52,688 nt of DNA from a virus (lineage: Duplodnaviria; Caudoviricetes): IMG/VR virus record IMGVR_UViG_3300042892_001926, positions 1 to 52,688 of that record; one strand, given 5' to 3'. The position numbers were made by a program, and so were the translations under genes. Below the pieces are notes generated by a model. It ran no database searches, had not been told where the DNA came from, and saw nothing but the letters and a program-made list of their open reading frames with translations. Within the stretch, counting starts at the first letter, position 1; the number at the start of each line of letters is the position of its first letter. Shown in pieces: positions 1 to 8,942 of the stretch.

Positions 1-857
1 TGATTTGTGACAGTGGATGATTCTGCAACTATGTTGCCAGAGTCCTTATCTGGGCTGTCACCCTCCTCGTATTTCTTTTTACGTTCTCTAAAATCCTGGA
101 AACTGATCTGGCTAGCCAGCAACAAGATAACAGCCAACGGATCAAATACCACAATCAGTATGATGATGACCCAGGTCACTGCCTTCTCTAACAGGTCCTT
201 ATCAGATTCACCGTAGACAAACTGTGCAATATACTTTATTGGGCCAACTTCCGCTTCGATCTTTCGAACGTCTGCGGCAATCGGAGCCCTTTCTTCTGTA
301 AGGCCAGTAATAGTTTTCTGTTCGGCTTGGATCTCAGACTGAAGACGGGCACGTTCTTTTTGTTGTGCGCGGCGTAGGGCAACTGCTTTGTCTGCACCTT
401 TTTCATCCTGGCTGCGACCCATGACCTGGTCCACAGCCTCATCCATCTGTTTAAGCGCCTTGCGGTTAACATCTATATTGTCCCTTGCTGTTTTGATCTT
501 TTCGTCGTAGACTGCAATCTTGCTCTGCACATCACCTGACACTAAACTTTGATCGCTGTGTGCTTTGCTCAGGAAGCCAAAGATACCCATGCTGGTAATC
601 AGCATCAAGACTGCAATGGCAGTCAGTAGATAGGACCTGATTGTCCACGGTGCAATGGTCCAGTTTTGTTTGAGCCATAGTGTGGCTGAAATCTTACCAA
701 TACCTAAGGCAATTCCCATGACCACAACTGACCACGGTGCGGCAGCAAAAATAGCCATAAGACCGAGTATGCTGTAGTACTCGGCTACAATTGATAGTGT
801 TAGTCCACTGAATAATGCTAGATAAGCAAGAAATTTTTCATTGAGAGTTGGATTCAT
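1..857 (-). CDS. Conserved phage membrane/coiled-coil protein (3' end outside window)
   Basis: Open frame from ATG 857 (MNPTLNEKFLAYLALFSGLTLSIVAEYYSILGL...) off the left edge. It has N-terminal TM helices, a coiled coil and an EVGPIKYIA...VVFDPLAV segment; TAAATA lies 4 nt upstream. Missing from the ORF track because it is truncated. Confidence 0.8.
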   Translation of the reverse strand, partial: MNPTLNEKFLAYLALFSGLTLSIVAEYYSILGLMAIFAAAPWSVVVMGIALGIGKISATLWLKQNWTIAPWTIRSYLLTAIAVLMLITSMGIFGFLSKAHSDQSLVSGDVQSKIAVYDEKIKTARDNIDVNRKALKQMDEAVDQVMGRSQDEKGADKAVALRRAQQKERARLQSEIQAEQKTITGLTEERAPIAADVRKIEAEVGPIKYIAQFVYGESDKDLLEKAVTWVIIILIVVFDPLAVILLLASQISFQDFRERKKKYEEGDSPDKDSGNIVAESSTVTN

Positions 858-864
858 CGAATAT

Positions 865-1257
865 TTATCGGCGCATGTTGGCAATGGCCACAGCTTCTTC
901 ATCTGAAAAAATAGGAACTGCGTTTGACTTGTGCATAGTACCGATACCTTTAATTTTGTCGCCTGTGTAGACTTTTGCTGGTGCAAGGGTGGCAACACCT
1001 GCACCGGAGTTTAGGCTAGGAATGTGATGTGTATTGGTGCGACCCACTGGAGTGGGCAATGAATAGGACAGTGTTTCTGCCTTCATTGCTCGCTTACGCT
1101 TTTTGTCTTCTGCTTCTACACCCCATTTTTTCTGAATAGCAGCCCAAGATTCGTCCAATTCACGACTCTTACGTGCTTCTTCGGCATTACGGAATTTAAC
1201 TTTGCCTTTGCGCTTGCCAACAGTACTGAGCCAAGGGCCTTCAAGATGCATAGTCAT
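865..1257 (-). CDS. Conserved phage hypothetical protein
   Basis: 130 aa ORF with C-terminal YTG..IKGIGTMHKSNAVP motif typical of T4-like phage hypotheticals. Confidence 0.7.
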   Translation of the reverse strand: MTMHLEGPWLSTVGKRKGKVKFRNAEEARKSRELDESWAAIQKKWGVEAEDKKRKRAMKAETLSYSLPTPVGRTNTHHIPSLNSGAGVATLAPAKVYTGDKIKGIGTMHKSNAVPIFSDEEAVAIANMRR

Positions 1258-1258
1258 A

Positions 1259-1348
1259 TTATCGAAATATCAAAATAAGAAAAGACAAAAATATTGCCCA
1301 AAAGAGATGTCCAGTGAGCACAAGGATAACAACACCGATCCAAGCCAC
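1259..1348 (-). CDS. Small hydrophobic membrane peptide (29 aa)
   Basis: GTG start, MAWIGVVILVLTGHLFWAIFLSFLILIFR*; fills the gap between two minus-strand genes exactly. Confidence 0.55.
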   Translation of the reverse strand: MAWIGVVILVLTGHLFWAIFLSFLILIFR

Positions 1349-1349
1349 G

Positions 1350-1673
1350 TTATACTGTAGCGGTGATGTTTGGAACGGCAGTCGTTGCGGATTCTGTTAC
1401 AATCTTTTGAAACTTGCTGGGCAGGCCTGTGAATCGTAAAATATCACCATTTGGTGCAATTTTCAATGAACCTGCAACAACCCAAATTTGGCGGCCGCTA
1501 GTATCAATGCCTGCTAACTTTCGTACAACTCCGTTGACGGTGCCGTCGGCAGTGGTCTTACCTCTGTTCCAATGATAAGTGGCTTTGTTACCTTGCCAGG
1601 TCTGCCCCAGTGTATCACCGGAAGAATCGAAACAAAATTGTTTCAGTGCGTCAATTGTTTTTTCAGCGGACAT
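1350..1673 (-). CDS. Hypothetical protein (early)
   Basis: 107 aa, AGGAG RBS, downstream of a sigma70 promoter. Confidence 0.75.
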   Translation of the reverse strand: MSAEKTIDALKQFCFDSSGDTLGQTWQGNKATYHWNRGKTTADGTVNGVVRKLAGIDTSGRQIWVVAGSLKIAPNGDILRFTGLPSKFQKIVTESATTAVPNITATV

Positions 1674-1702
1674 ATAGTCTCCTTTGTGTATGTCTATGCA
1701 CT

Positions 1703-1731
1703 ATTATACGGTAAAATCAATATAAATGCAA
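1703..1731 (-). promoter_or_regulatory. Sigma70-type promoter
   Basis: TTGCAT-N17-TATAAT. Confidence 0.7.
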
Positions 1732-1748
1732 CCACGATTTATACCAAA

Positions 1749-1754
1749 TAAATA
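1749..1754 (+). promoter_or_regulatory. TAAATA late promoter of the RLP operon
   Basis: TAAATA 5 nt before ATG 1760; the same motif precedes many genes in the window. Confidence 0.55.
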
Positions 1755-1759
1755 TGTGT

Positions 1760-2473
1760 ATGGTTAATGTCATTATTCCTATGGCCGGAGAAGGTAGCCG
1801 GTTTCCCAAAGATCAATATCTGCCCAAGCCCTTGATAGATGTAAATGGTAAACCCATGATTGTTCGGGCAATTGAAAGTCTGGATATCAAAGGGCAATAC
1901 TATTTTATTATTCGCCAAAATGAATATACCAACATTGTTAAAGAAATAATTGGAAAAGTAGTCAAGGATCCAAAGTTTGTGGAAATTACAAAGACCACCG
2001 ACGGTCCTGCATGTAGCGCATTGCTGTTCAAACAGTTTATCAACAACGATAACGAGTTGGTTATTGCCAACTGCGATCAGATCATGGAATGGGATAGCAA
2101 TCTATTCTTTCATAATGTTAGACTTTATGATGGTGCGGTAGTAACATACTACAGTGACACTGACAAAAATAGTTACGCTCGATTAGATAAAAAAGGGCAT
2201 GTGACTGAGATTCGAGAAAAAGAAGTAATCAGTAATATTAGTCTCAATGGTATACACTATTGGAAACAAGGGAAGAATTTTGTTTCCAGTGCAGAACAAA
2301 TGATTGACGCAGATGATACAGCGCCCAATGGTGAGTTCTACATTGCTCCAACTTACAATTACATGATCGGTGCGGGATTAAAAGTTGGCATACACCATAT
2401 ACCTAATGAGCAACATCATGCTGTTGGAGTTCCTGTAGACCTAGAAAGATTTTTAAAACATGAAAAAACATAA
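1760..2473 (+). CDS. Sugar-phosphate nucleotidyltransferase family protein
   Basis: IIPMAGEGSRF...PKPLI N-terminal motif, NCDQ, EK, GEFY motifs. Confidence 0.85.
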   Translation: MVNVIIPMAGEGSRFPKDQYLPKPLIDVNGKPMIVRAIESLDIKGQYYFIIRQNEYTNIVKEIIGKVVKDPKFVEITKTTDGPACSALLFKQFINNDNELVIANCDQIMEWDSNLFFHNVRLYDGAVVTYYSDTDKNSYARLDKKGHVTEIREKEVISNISLNGIHYWKQGKNFVSSAEQMIDADDTAPNGEFYIAPTYNYMIGAGLKVGIHHIPNEQHHAVGVPVDLERFLKHEKT

Positions 2474-2783
2474 TGTATCAGATTTTTGGAGAGGATGGTT
2501 TATTGGCAACTTTGAACCCAGTGTCCTTAAAACTGAACAATTTGAAGTTGGTGTGCTAACACACGCCAAAGGTGAAGTTTGGACCAAACACTACCACAAG
2601 GTAGGAACAGAGTACAACTTGTTGATTCGCGGCAAAATGACAATCTGTGGCGAAACAATCAATGAGGGTGAAATTTTTATCCTCGAACCCAACGAAGTTG
2701 CAGATCCTGTATTTTTAGAAGACTGCACAGTGCTGTGTGTCAAGACACCTAGCAGTCCCGGAGACAAATATGAAATTTTTTAG
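2460..2783 (+). CDS. Cupin-fold protein
   Basis: HYH...E...G cupin motif; overlaps both neighbours. Confidence 0.75.
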   Translation: MKKHNVSDFWRGWFIGNFEPSVLKTEQFEVGVLTHAKGEVWTKHYHKVGTEYNLLIRGKMTICGETINEGEIFILEPNEVADPVFLEDCTVLCVKTPSSPGDKYEIF

Positions 2784-3960
2784 AAACAAAGACGAGATTA
2801 ACAACAACGACTATTACTATGCCACGTATGAAATGACCAGTAGTGCCAATCTTCGAGATGCGGCATGGAACTTGGCCATTGGACAAAGTGTGGGTAATCC
2901 CAATGTACGCAACGAATGGGAAACTGATGATTTGTTTGAAAATTACAGTTGCCTTATTGTAGGTGACGAAGATGAATTACGACATCAAACTGCCGGCCGG
3001 GTAACCATTGCATTTCCTGTGGCCAACACAGACTGGGAAACCGACGGAATCAGTCACTTATTGTGCCAGTTGATGGGAGGTCATGTTGACATTGACATTG
3101 TGACCAAATGCCGATTGGTCAAGTTGGATCTCCCAGAAACAGTCACTCGACATTTCCTAGGACCCAAGTTTGGCCTGTCTGGATTTAGACAGTTAACTGG
3201 ACAATACAACAAGCCGTTGTTTGGCAGCATTGTCAAACCTAAAATTGGCATCACTCCACAGGTGTTGTTAGAAATGGTCAAACAAATGGTAGATGGTGGT
3301 GTAGACTTCATCAAAGAAGATGAAATTATGAGTAATCCTGCGGTATGCCCGTTGGATCAACGAGTTGACATCATTGCCAACTACCTTGCCAAGCAAAGTC
3401 GTAAAATTGTATTCTGCCACACCATTAACTGTGATCCACATGTGGTAGTTGATCGAGTACGTCGAGTTCACGAACTAGGCGGTACTGGTGTACACATCAA
3501 CGTGTTCAGTGGATTGGGTGTTTACAACAGCATTCGCAAAATGGACTTGCCATTGTATCTGCATTATCAAAGCAGCGGAGCCAAGGTGTTTACAGATGTC
3601 AATCACCGATTCAGTATCAGTTGGCCTGTTATGTGTCAATTGGCCACAATGATGGGTGTTGACACTATCCAGACCGGTATGGTAGGAGGCTACAGCAATG
3701 ATGATCCGGAAGAAATCAAACAGTGTATTGATATTCTTAGAAAAGGCAACACTGCTCCTGCACTCAGTTGCGGATTTCATCCTGGACTAGTTGACAAGGT
3801 TACGGAAATTGCAGGAGTTGATTATTTGGCCAATGCTGGTGGTGCAGTACATGGACACCCCGGCGGCACTCTTGCAGGTGCTAGGGCAATGAGACAAGCT
3901 GTAGATAAAAATTATGGCGCAGAATATCAGCAAGCTATTGCCAAATGGGGCAAGGTTTAA
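2770..3960 (+). CDS. RubisCO-like protein (form IV RLP)
   Basis: KPKIG, GGVDFIKEDE (carbamylated-Lys motif), SCGFHPG, AGGAVHGHPGG. The loop-6 Lys (TGMVGGY) and the H294/R295 equivalents (LHYQS) are substituted, so it is not a true carboxylase. Confidence 0.9.
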   Translation: MKFFRNKDEINNNDYYYATYEMTSSANLRDAAWNLAIGQSVGNPNVRNEWETDDLFENYSCLIVGDEDELRHQTAGRVTIAFPVANTDWETDGISHLLCQLMGGHVDIDIVTKCRLVKLDLPETVTRHFLGPKFGLSGFRQLTGQYNKPLFGSIVKPKIGITPQVLLEMVKQMVDGGVDFIKEDEIMSNPAVCPLDQRVDIIANYLAKQSRKIVFCHTINCDPHVVVDRVRRVHELGGTGVHINVFSGLGVYNSIRKMDLPLYLHYQSSGAKVFTDVNHRFSISWPVMCQLATMMGVDTIQTGMVGGYSNDDPEEIKQCIDILRKGNTAPALSCGFHPGLVDKVTEIAGVDYLANAGGAVHGHPGGTLAGARAMRQAVDKNYGAEYQQAIAKWGKV

Positions 3961-4664
3961 ACTTGTTTTACTTTGAGTAGTTTTAGATGTTTGAAAATTG
4001 TGATCCACATCCATCCTGCATCGAACTCAAACCAACGACGACTTAGTTTAGGATCTGCAGGATTCAAATGATGATTGTTGTGTAGTTCTTCTCCGCCAAT
4101 CAACACGCCCCAAGGACTGATATTGCGTGATTGGTCCTTGGTTATTCCATTTCTGTATCCGATCCAATGTGCAACACCATTGATTACACCCGCAGCCCAA
4201 AATGGAATCCAGATCATTTGTACACCCCATATCACAAATCCCCACCAACCAAATAACGCTACATCTATTGCCAACATGAGCATGATGCCAATTCTGCTGT
4301 GGCGAGTGTAAACATTCTGTTCTATCCAATCATCTGGTGTACCTATTCCGTACTGTTTAACCATGTTGTGGTCTTTGCTAGCCGAATGATATAGGCCTGC
4401 ACCGCCAAACAACACACGCCAGATACCAAACACATGCGGAGTATGTGGGTCACCTTCCAAATCACTGTATCTGTGATGTTTACGATGTATTGCTACCCAC
4501 TGCTTGGTTACCATGCCAGTTGTGAGCCATAACCATGCTCTCATGAAATGACTCAACACAGGATGGAATATAATTCCTTTGTGTGCCTGCCCTCGATGTA
4601 AAAATACAGTAACACATATAATGGTTATGTGGGTGACTACTAAGGTGTAAATTAATTCTATCAT
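3957..4664 (-). CDS. Acyl-CoA/fatty acid desaturase (delta-9-like)
   Basis: His boxes HRGQAH, HRKHH, HNNHH plus TM segments. Confidence 0.9.
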   Translation of the reverse strand: MIELIYTLVVTHITIICVTVFLHRGQAHKGIIFHPVLSHFMRAWLWLTTGMVTKQWVAIHRKHHRYSDLEGDPHTPHVFGIWRVLFGGAGLYHSASKDHNMVKQYGIGTPDDWIEQNVYTRHSRIGIMLMLAIDVALFGWWGFVIWGVQMIWIPFWAAGVINGVAHWIGYRNGITKDQSRNISPWGVLIGGEELHNNHHLNPADPKLSRRWFEFDAGWMWITIFKHLKLLKVKQV

Positions 4665-4677
4665 ATATTACTTATGC

Positions 4678-4705
4678 AAGAAAAGGGCCATTAGGCCCTT
4701 TTCTT
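4678..4705. terminator. Bidirectional intrinsic terminator
   Basis: AAGAAAAGGGCC-ATTA-GGCCCTTTTCTT. Confidence 0.75.
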
Positions 4706-4894
4706 TTCGGTTACTTCCCGATACTTTAACAAGGCTAATTGCCTTGCCAAGAACAATCTCCATTGTATATCTTCCGATAAATCATCATCGTCTTTGTAGT
4801 CATTTTTAACTAATTCAGGACGACGATAACTTACATAGATATCTTCATCGGTTATTCCGTCAATATCAGAAGGATCAACTCCTGATACAATCAG
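4691..4894 (-). CDS. Hypothetical acidic protein lacking a canonical start codon
   Basis: Protein-like frame (LIVSGVDPSDIDG...WRLFLARQLALLKYRE) filling the gap; only CTG/ATT are available as starts. Confidence 0.4.
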   Translation of the reverse strand: MIVSGVDPSDIDGITDEDIYVSYRRPELVKNDYKDDDDLSEDIQWRLFLARQLALLKYREVTEKKRA

Positions 4895-4910
4895 AGACTT
4901 CCGAAGTGGA

Positions 4911-5138
4911 TTACTTCTTAGGAGCTTCGGCTTTTTTATCGCCAGCTTTGTCGGCACTTTTAGTGTCGGCCTTTTTGGCGTCTTCTTTCTTAGCTGGTGC
5001 TGGTGTAGCTGTTGCACTTGCGGCAGGTGCTGGTGCAGCCACAACAGGTTTGGCTTCTTCTTTCTTAGCGACTGGTGCTTGAGCAAAAGCAGTAACTGCA
5101 AAAGCAGTGGTAACGATCAAAGTTGCAATAGTTTTCAT
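4911..5138 (-). CDS. Small secreted Ala/Lys/Pro-rich protein
   Basis: Signal peptide ending AFA-Q, low-complexity mature part, AAGGAAA RBS. Confidence 0.8.
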   Translation of the reverse strand: MKTIATLIVTTAFAVTAFAQAPVAKKEEAKPVVAAPAPAASATATPAPAKKEDAKKADTKSADKAGDKKAEAPKK

Positions 5139-5233
5139 TTCAAAGTTTCCTTTTGGTTAAAGTAGTAACATTTTGTGACTACATATATATAACGCGATAG
5201 CTATTGGTTTAGTTGACAGGTTTGTTGTCCAAA

Positions 5234-5740
5234 TCAACTATTCAACACTTTTGCCACTGAGTTCATCACACTAGCGATCCTGCCAATGTCACGAAGCTGT
5301 TCTACAGTATAGCCTTCGGTCTTGAGTGTTTCATAATGTGCTTTCACACAGAAGTGACACTTGCCCACAATACTGGCAGCAAGACTAAACGCTTCAAAAT
5401 TGCTCTTGGTAGTCCCGCCATGACTTGCAATAGCGTTCATACGTAACTGCGCCGGCAAGCCCTTTAATGCCGGATCATCTGCCATCTCAACATATGGGTA
5501 CCACACATTGTTCTGTGCCATGATACTGGCCGCCGTCATTGCTGACTCTGCGTGTACTGGAGCATCTGCTAAAATCACTGATAGGATCTTCCCGTTGCCA
5601 GTTGCCGCTAATGCCGCTACAGCACAGCCCATAGCAACATCTGCATCTAGTGTACTGCGTAGTAGCACCGCATCAATGTTTAACTTGGTGTCCTTTGCAT
5701 AGTCTGGCAAGGCACCTTTTACTGATTCAATAAAACTCAT
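5234..5740 (-). CDS. ahpD: Alkyl hydroperoxide reductase AhpD (CMD family)
   Basis: LPDYAKDTKLN N-terminus and CHFC...H motif. Confidence 0.88.
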   Translation of the reverse strand: MSFIESVKGALPDYAKDTKLNIDAVLLRSTLDADVAMGCAVAALAATGNGKILSVILADAPVHAESAMTAASIMAQNNVWYPYVEMADDPALKGLPAQLRMNAIASHGGTTKSNFEAFSLAASIVGKCHFCVKAHYETLKTEGYTVEQLRDIGRIASVMNSVAKVLNS

Positions 5741-6150
5741 TTAGTTTGTTCTCCTAAAATTTTATATCCTCGACCTGTAGGATGAATGCCATCTGCACTC
5801 ATGTGCCCTTGGGGTCTAGGTAACACTGTGTCACCGTATTCAGTAGCAATACGGACGATAGCGTCATGTGGTACTGGCTTACGATCCTTGCCAGGATCAA
5901 TCCAAAATACACGATTGCCTTTCACTGCTTCGCGCATTTTTCGTAATTCTGCTTCAGTCTTAACACCTTTGTGATCGTTGGCACCAAGACTGATAATAAC
6001 AGTTTTTGCAGGTTGGCTAGCGGCTTTGGTCAAGTAGTCCTTGTTCCATTGCCAACTATTCCAACCACCTCGTGAATAACTTACACATTCCGGGCGAGCC
6101 ATTGCTGTGCCAACAGCAATGCTATCACCAACGATCAAACAATCGATCAT
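5737..6150 (-). CDS. SGNH/GDSL hydrolase-like protein
   Basis: GDSI, GAND, DGIHP blocks. Confidence 0.8.
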   Translation of the reverse strand: MIDCLIVGDSIAVGTAMARPECVSYSRGGWNSWQWNKDYLTKAASQPAKTVIISLGANDHKGVKTEAELRKMREAVKGNRVFWIDPGKDRKPVPHDAIVRIATEYGDTVLPRPQGHMSADGIHPTGRGYKILGEQTK

Positions 6151-6944
6151 TTGTTCATCATGAGTGCATTGAAGTTGCTAGGAACAACAATAGTCTGCAC
6201 TTTGCCTGCTTTGATACCTTCGGAGATATTCAACATGGCCTGTGCCTGCATGAATGCAATTGAACTGGCACTGTTGTTTGCCAATGCAGCCATTCGACGG
6301 CTTTCGGCTTCGGCAGTCTTAACTTCAACTTCCTTCTGCTTCAATTCGTTCTTACTACGAACCAATGCGTTGGCACTTTCAACAACTGCGTCTGCGGGCA
6401 CAACATTACGAATCAGCACTTGGCTAATCATAATAGTACCGTCCAACTTTTCTTCTGCAAGGTTGCGAACAATTTCATCTTGAATGAACTTTTCCATTTC
6501 GCTACGTTTGTCGGCCATGTCCAAGGCTTCGTACTTACGTGCGGCTTTGTAAATAGCATTACGAGCATTTTGAACAATGTAGTTGTACATGACATAAGTG
6601 TCACCTTTAAACTCAGCGTGGAAAGCCTTGTTCTTGGTTGAATACAATTCTGCCACTTGCTGTGGATTGATGTTATAAACAACCACAGCATCGAAGTCTT
6701 TCATTGTGCTGTTGTCTGCGGCAACCGGAGTCATATCATTCAATGTGACATTAACGTCCTTGATAGGGAATGTAAGTACATCACCAATCAACACCTGATT
6801 GAACGAGCCAGGCAACAGTTCACCCGGTTGTACCTGTTTATCAAAACCAACTCGCACACCGACCTCGCCGGTCTCAATACGAGTACATGCAGATGTCAAA
6901 GCAACTGCGGCCATAACCAAACCAACTTTAACCAAACGATTCAT
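6147..6944 (-). CDS. SPFH/band-7 domain lipoprotein
   Basis: Lipobox-like SAC, GEVGV, C-terminal coiled coil. Confidence 0.85.
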   Translation of the reverse strand: MNRLVKVGLVMAAVALTSACTRIETGEVGVRVGFDKQVQPGELLPGSFNQVLIGDVLTFPIKDVNVTLNDMTPVAADNSTMKDFDAVVVYNINPQQVAELYSTKNKAFHAEFKGDTYVMYNYIVQNARNAIYKAARKYEALDMADKRSEMEKFIQDEIVRNLAEEKLDGTIMISQVLIRNVVPADAVVESANALVRSKNELKQKEVEVKTAEAESRRMAALANNSASSIAFMQAQAMLNISEGIKAGKVQTIVVPSNFNALMMNK

Positions 6945-7031
6945 TTAGATAACTCCAGTAGAAAAAAGATAAAAACAAACACTAAACCCAAGAACAAAAT
7001 ACAAGGGCCGAAGCAAACGATCATTGATCAT
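6945..7031 (-). CDS. Small membrane peptide (28 aa)
   Basis: MINDRLLRPLYFVLGFSVCFYLFSTGVI*, AAGGA RBS, abuts the SPFH start. Confidence 0.55.
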   Translation of the reverse strand: MINDRLLRPLYFVLGFSVCFYLFSTGVI

Positions 7032-7039
7032 AAGATTCC

Positions 7040-7216
7040 TTAAAAGATCATTACTAAAACAAACATTAGCACAATTGCTACTGCTGAACTAATTGTAGCA
7101 TACACAGCGGCCTTTGTCAAGTCCAGGGCCTGCTTGCCTGAGAGTTTTTGTACTCCCAGGATACCCGCCCAGACCAGAGCCGTTAGCACTAAGAACAGTA
7201 AAATGATTCTAATCAT
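7040..7216 (-). CDS. Small two-TM membrane protein (58 aa)
   Basis: MIRIILLFLVLTALVWAGILG...AIVLMFVLVMIF*, AGGA RBS. Confidence 0.7.
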   Translation of the reverse strand: MIRIILLFLVLTALVWAGILGVQKLSGKQALDLTKAAVYATISSAVAIVLMFVLVMIF

Positions 7217-7240
7217 GGATCAGTTCCTGGGTAAGTTGTA

Positions 7241-7780
7241 TTACAGTGTTTCGCCGCCGACTGTACGGTTGCAAGCACACAGTTCACCTGTTTGCAATGC
7301 GTCCAATACACGAAGTGTTTCTTCTGGGCTACGACCAACGTTCAAGTTGTTGACAGTAACGTGTTGGATCTCGTTGTCTGGGTCAACGATGAATGTGGCG
7401 CGAAGTGCGGCACCTGCTGGAGCATAGAATACGCCCAACTGTTCGATCAAACTCAACTCACCACGCTGTGTGTCGGCGAATTGATTGTGACGAATTTTCT
7501 TTAGATCTGGATGGGCATTTTGCCAGCTAACTTTACAGAACTCATTGTCTGTTGAACCGGTAAGTAATACTGCGTCACGGTCGTCAAAGTCCGCCGCTAA
7601 CTTGTCGTAGGCCACAATTTCTGTAGGGCAAACGAATGTAAAGTCTTTAGGGTAATACACAATTACTTTCCACTTGCCAGGAAAGCTCTCATCTGTAATC
7701 GTAAAGAAAGCATCTTCTGGCTGACCAAACCTTACGCCTGTGACTGCAAATGGGGTCAATTTATCACCAACTGTTTTCAT
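7241..7780 (-). CDS. ahpC: Peroxiredoxin AhpC
   Basis: YPKDFTFVCPTE peroxidatic motif, GRS..E, C-terminal LCACN; AGGAGA RBS before ATG 7780. Confidence 0.93.
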   Translation of the reverse strand: MKTVGDKLTPFAVTGVRFGQPEDAFFTITDESFPGKWKVIVYYPKDFTFVCPTEIVAYDKLAADFDDRDAVLLTGSTDNEFCKVSWQNAHPDLKKIRHNQFADTQRGELSLIEQLGVFYAPAGAALRATFIVDPDNEIQHVTVNNLNVGRSPEETLRVLDALQTGELCACNRTVGGETL

Positions 7781-7813
7781 AATTTCTCCTTGTATGATAC
7801 AAAACAATGTGTT

Positions 7814-7842
7814 AGTTTACAATTGTTTGTACAAAGAGTCAA
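7814..7842 (-). promoter_or_regulatory. Sigma70-type promoter for the ahpC operon
   Basis: TTGACT-N17-TAAACT. Confidence 0.6.
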
Positions 7843-7856
7843 CTAGTTTGGATAAA

Positions 7857-8393
7857 TCAGGTAGGCAGCAAGGTTGGATTGAATCTAAGTGTAAGCAGCA
7901 TTCTTGGAAGATTGTCGTGATTGATCACATTATGAGGAATATCCACATACACCACAGTTGGTTGATTGATCAATGCTGACTCTAACAACACTGGCGGAGA
8001 TTTCCATGTGAGATGCCAGGACTCACTACCAGACGCTGTAGTTTTTAGTTCCTTATCAAAATCTCCACCGTACCATTGCATTTCGCAATTGTTACCATTT
8101 AATATAGGTATGTTCAATGCCCATGTTGGATAGTTATTCCAAATTTTGAAATAATCCACATGTAATCCTCTTTCACTGTTGGCAGTGGAGTAAAATATCA
8201 TTGCACTTTTTAAAGAGTGAGTTTTTCCAGAAAATCTAGTCAAATCATTTGCAACAATAGATTCGATAGACTTCAGTTCTGTTTCATCTAAATGCTCAGA
8301 CCTTTTGTTTCCTATATTGACCTGTAAATGCAAATACCTGTCGATCAATGTTTGCCAACATTTGAGATCAATTAATCTACTAAATTGTTTCAT
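7857..8393 (-). CDS. Putative Fe(II)/2OG-type oxygenase (DSBH fold)
   Basis: HVD...PHNV...R..L.LRF; paralogous to the genes at 13.5-15.9 kb. Confidence 0.6.
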   Translation of the reverse strand: MKQFSRLIDLKCWQTLIDRYLHLQVNIGNKRSEHLDETELKSIESIVANDLTRFSGKTHSLKSAMIFYSTANSERGLHVDYFKIWNNYPTWALNIPILNGNNCEMQWYGGDFDKELKTTASGSESWHLTWKSPPVLLESALINQPTVVYVDIPHNVINHDNLPRMLLTLRFNPTLLPT

Positions 8394-8409
8394 ACCAATA
8401 TTTATTCGT

Positions 8410-8431
8410 AAAAAAACCCGCCGAAGCGGGT
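8410..8431 (-). terminator. Intrinsic terminator (UUCG hairpin)
   Basis: ACCCGC-TTCG-GCGGGT followed by a T run on the minus strand. Confidence 0.85.
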
Positions 8432-8449
8432 TTCTTTATGCCGTAGCAA

Positions 8450-8902
8450 TTAGAAGCGATAGTTCAAACCGGCAGTAACTGTGTTACCGTCGCTGGACTT
8501 AACACGATCCTGACCGTACTGACGAGCAACATCAAGTCCAAAAGAAACTTGTTTTGTCAACGGAACACTTACGCCTGCGCCAACAGTCATTGCATAACCG
8601 TCTTGACCAGTTTGGTTGTTCAAGTATGCAACACCACCCTTAACTGCAAAGGATGCAGTCTTGATTCGGGCCACTTCACGACCTACAACCAAGCTGAAAC
8701 GATCTTGATCGTTACGTCCAGCAGTAAAACGCTCAAAGCCTGCGGTAACAGTATTTGCGCCATAAGTCTGGCCAAGTGTGATGCCGCCACCATTACGGTT
8801 CTCTGCACCGCTGTAATCACGAGTAACAGTTGTGCCGATTTCCAAAGCGGATGCTGCTGTTGCAGCCAATGCGATCATTGATGCGATTGCAATTTTCTTC
8901 AT
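8450..8902 (-). CDS. Outer-membrane beta-barrel protein (OmpA/Ail-like barrel)
   Basis: Signal peptide, alternating beta strands, C-terminal YRF. Confidence 0.8.
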   Translation of the reverse strand: MKKIAIASMIALAATAASALEIGTTVTRDYSGAENRNGGGITLGQTYGANTVTAGFERFTAGRNDQDRFSLVVGREVARIKTASFAVKGGVAYLNNQTGQDGYAMTVGAGVSVPLTKQVSFGLDVARQYGQDRVKSSDGNTVTAGLNYRF

Positions 8903-8942
8903 TTTTAATTTCCTTTAAAGTAATGACTTTTGTCATTGCACT

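Noticed and set aside
2770-3960. Bona fide CO2-fixing RubisCO
   Set aside because: The loop-6 Lys and His/Arg active-site residues are replaced, and there is no small subunit or phosphoribulokinase nearby.
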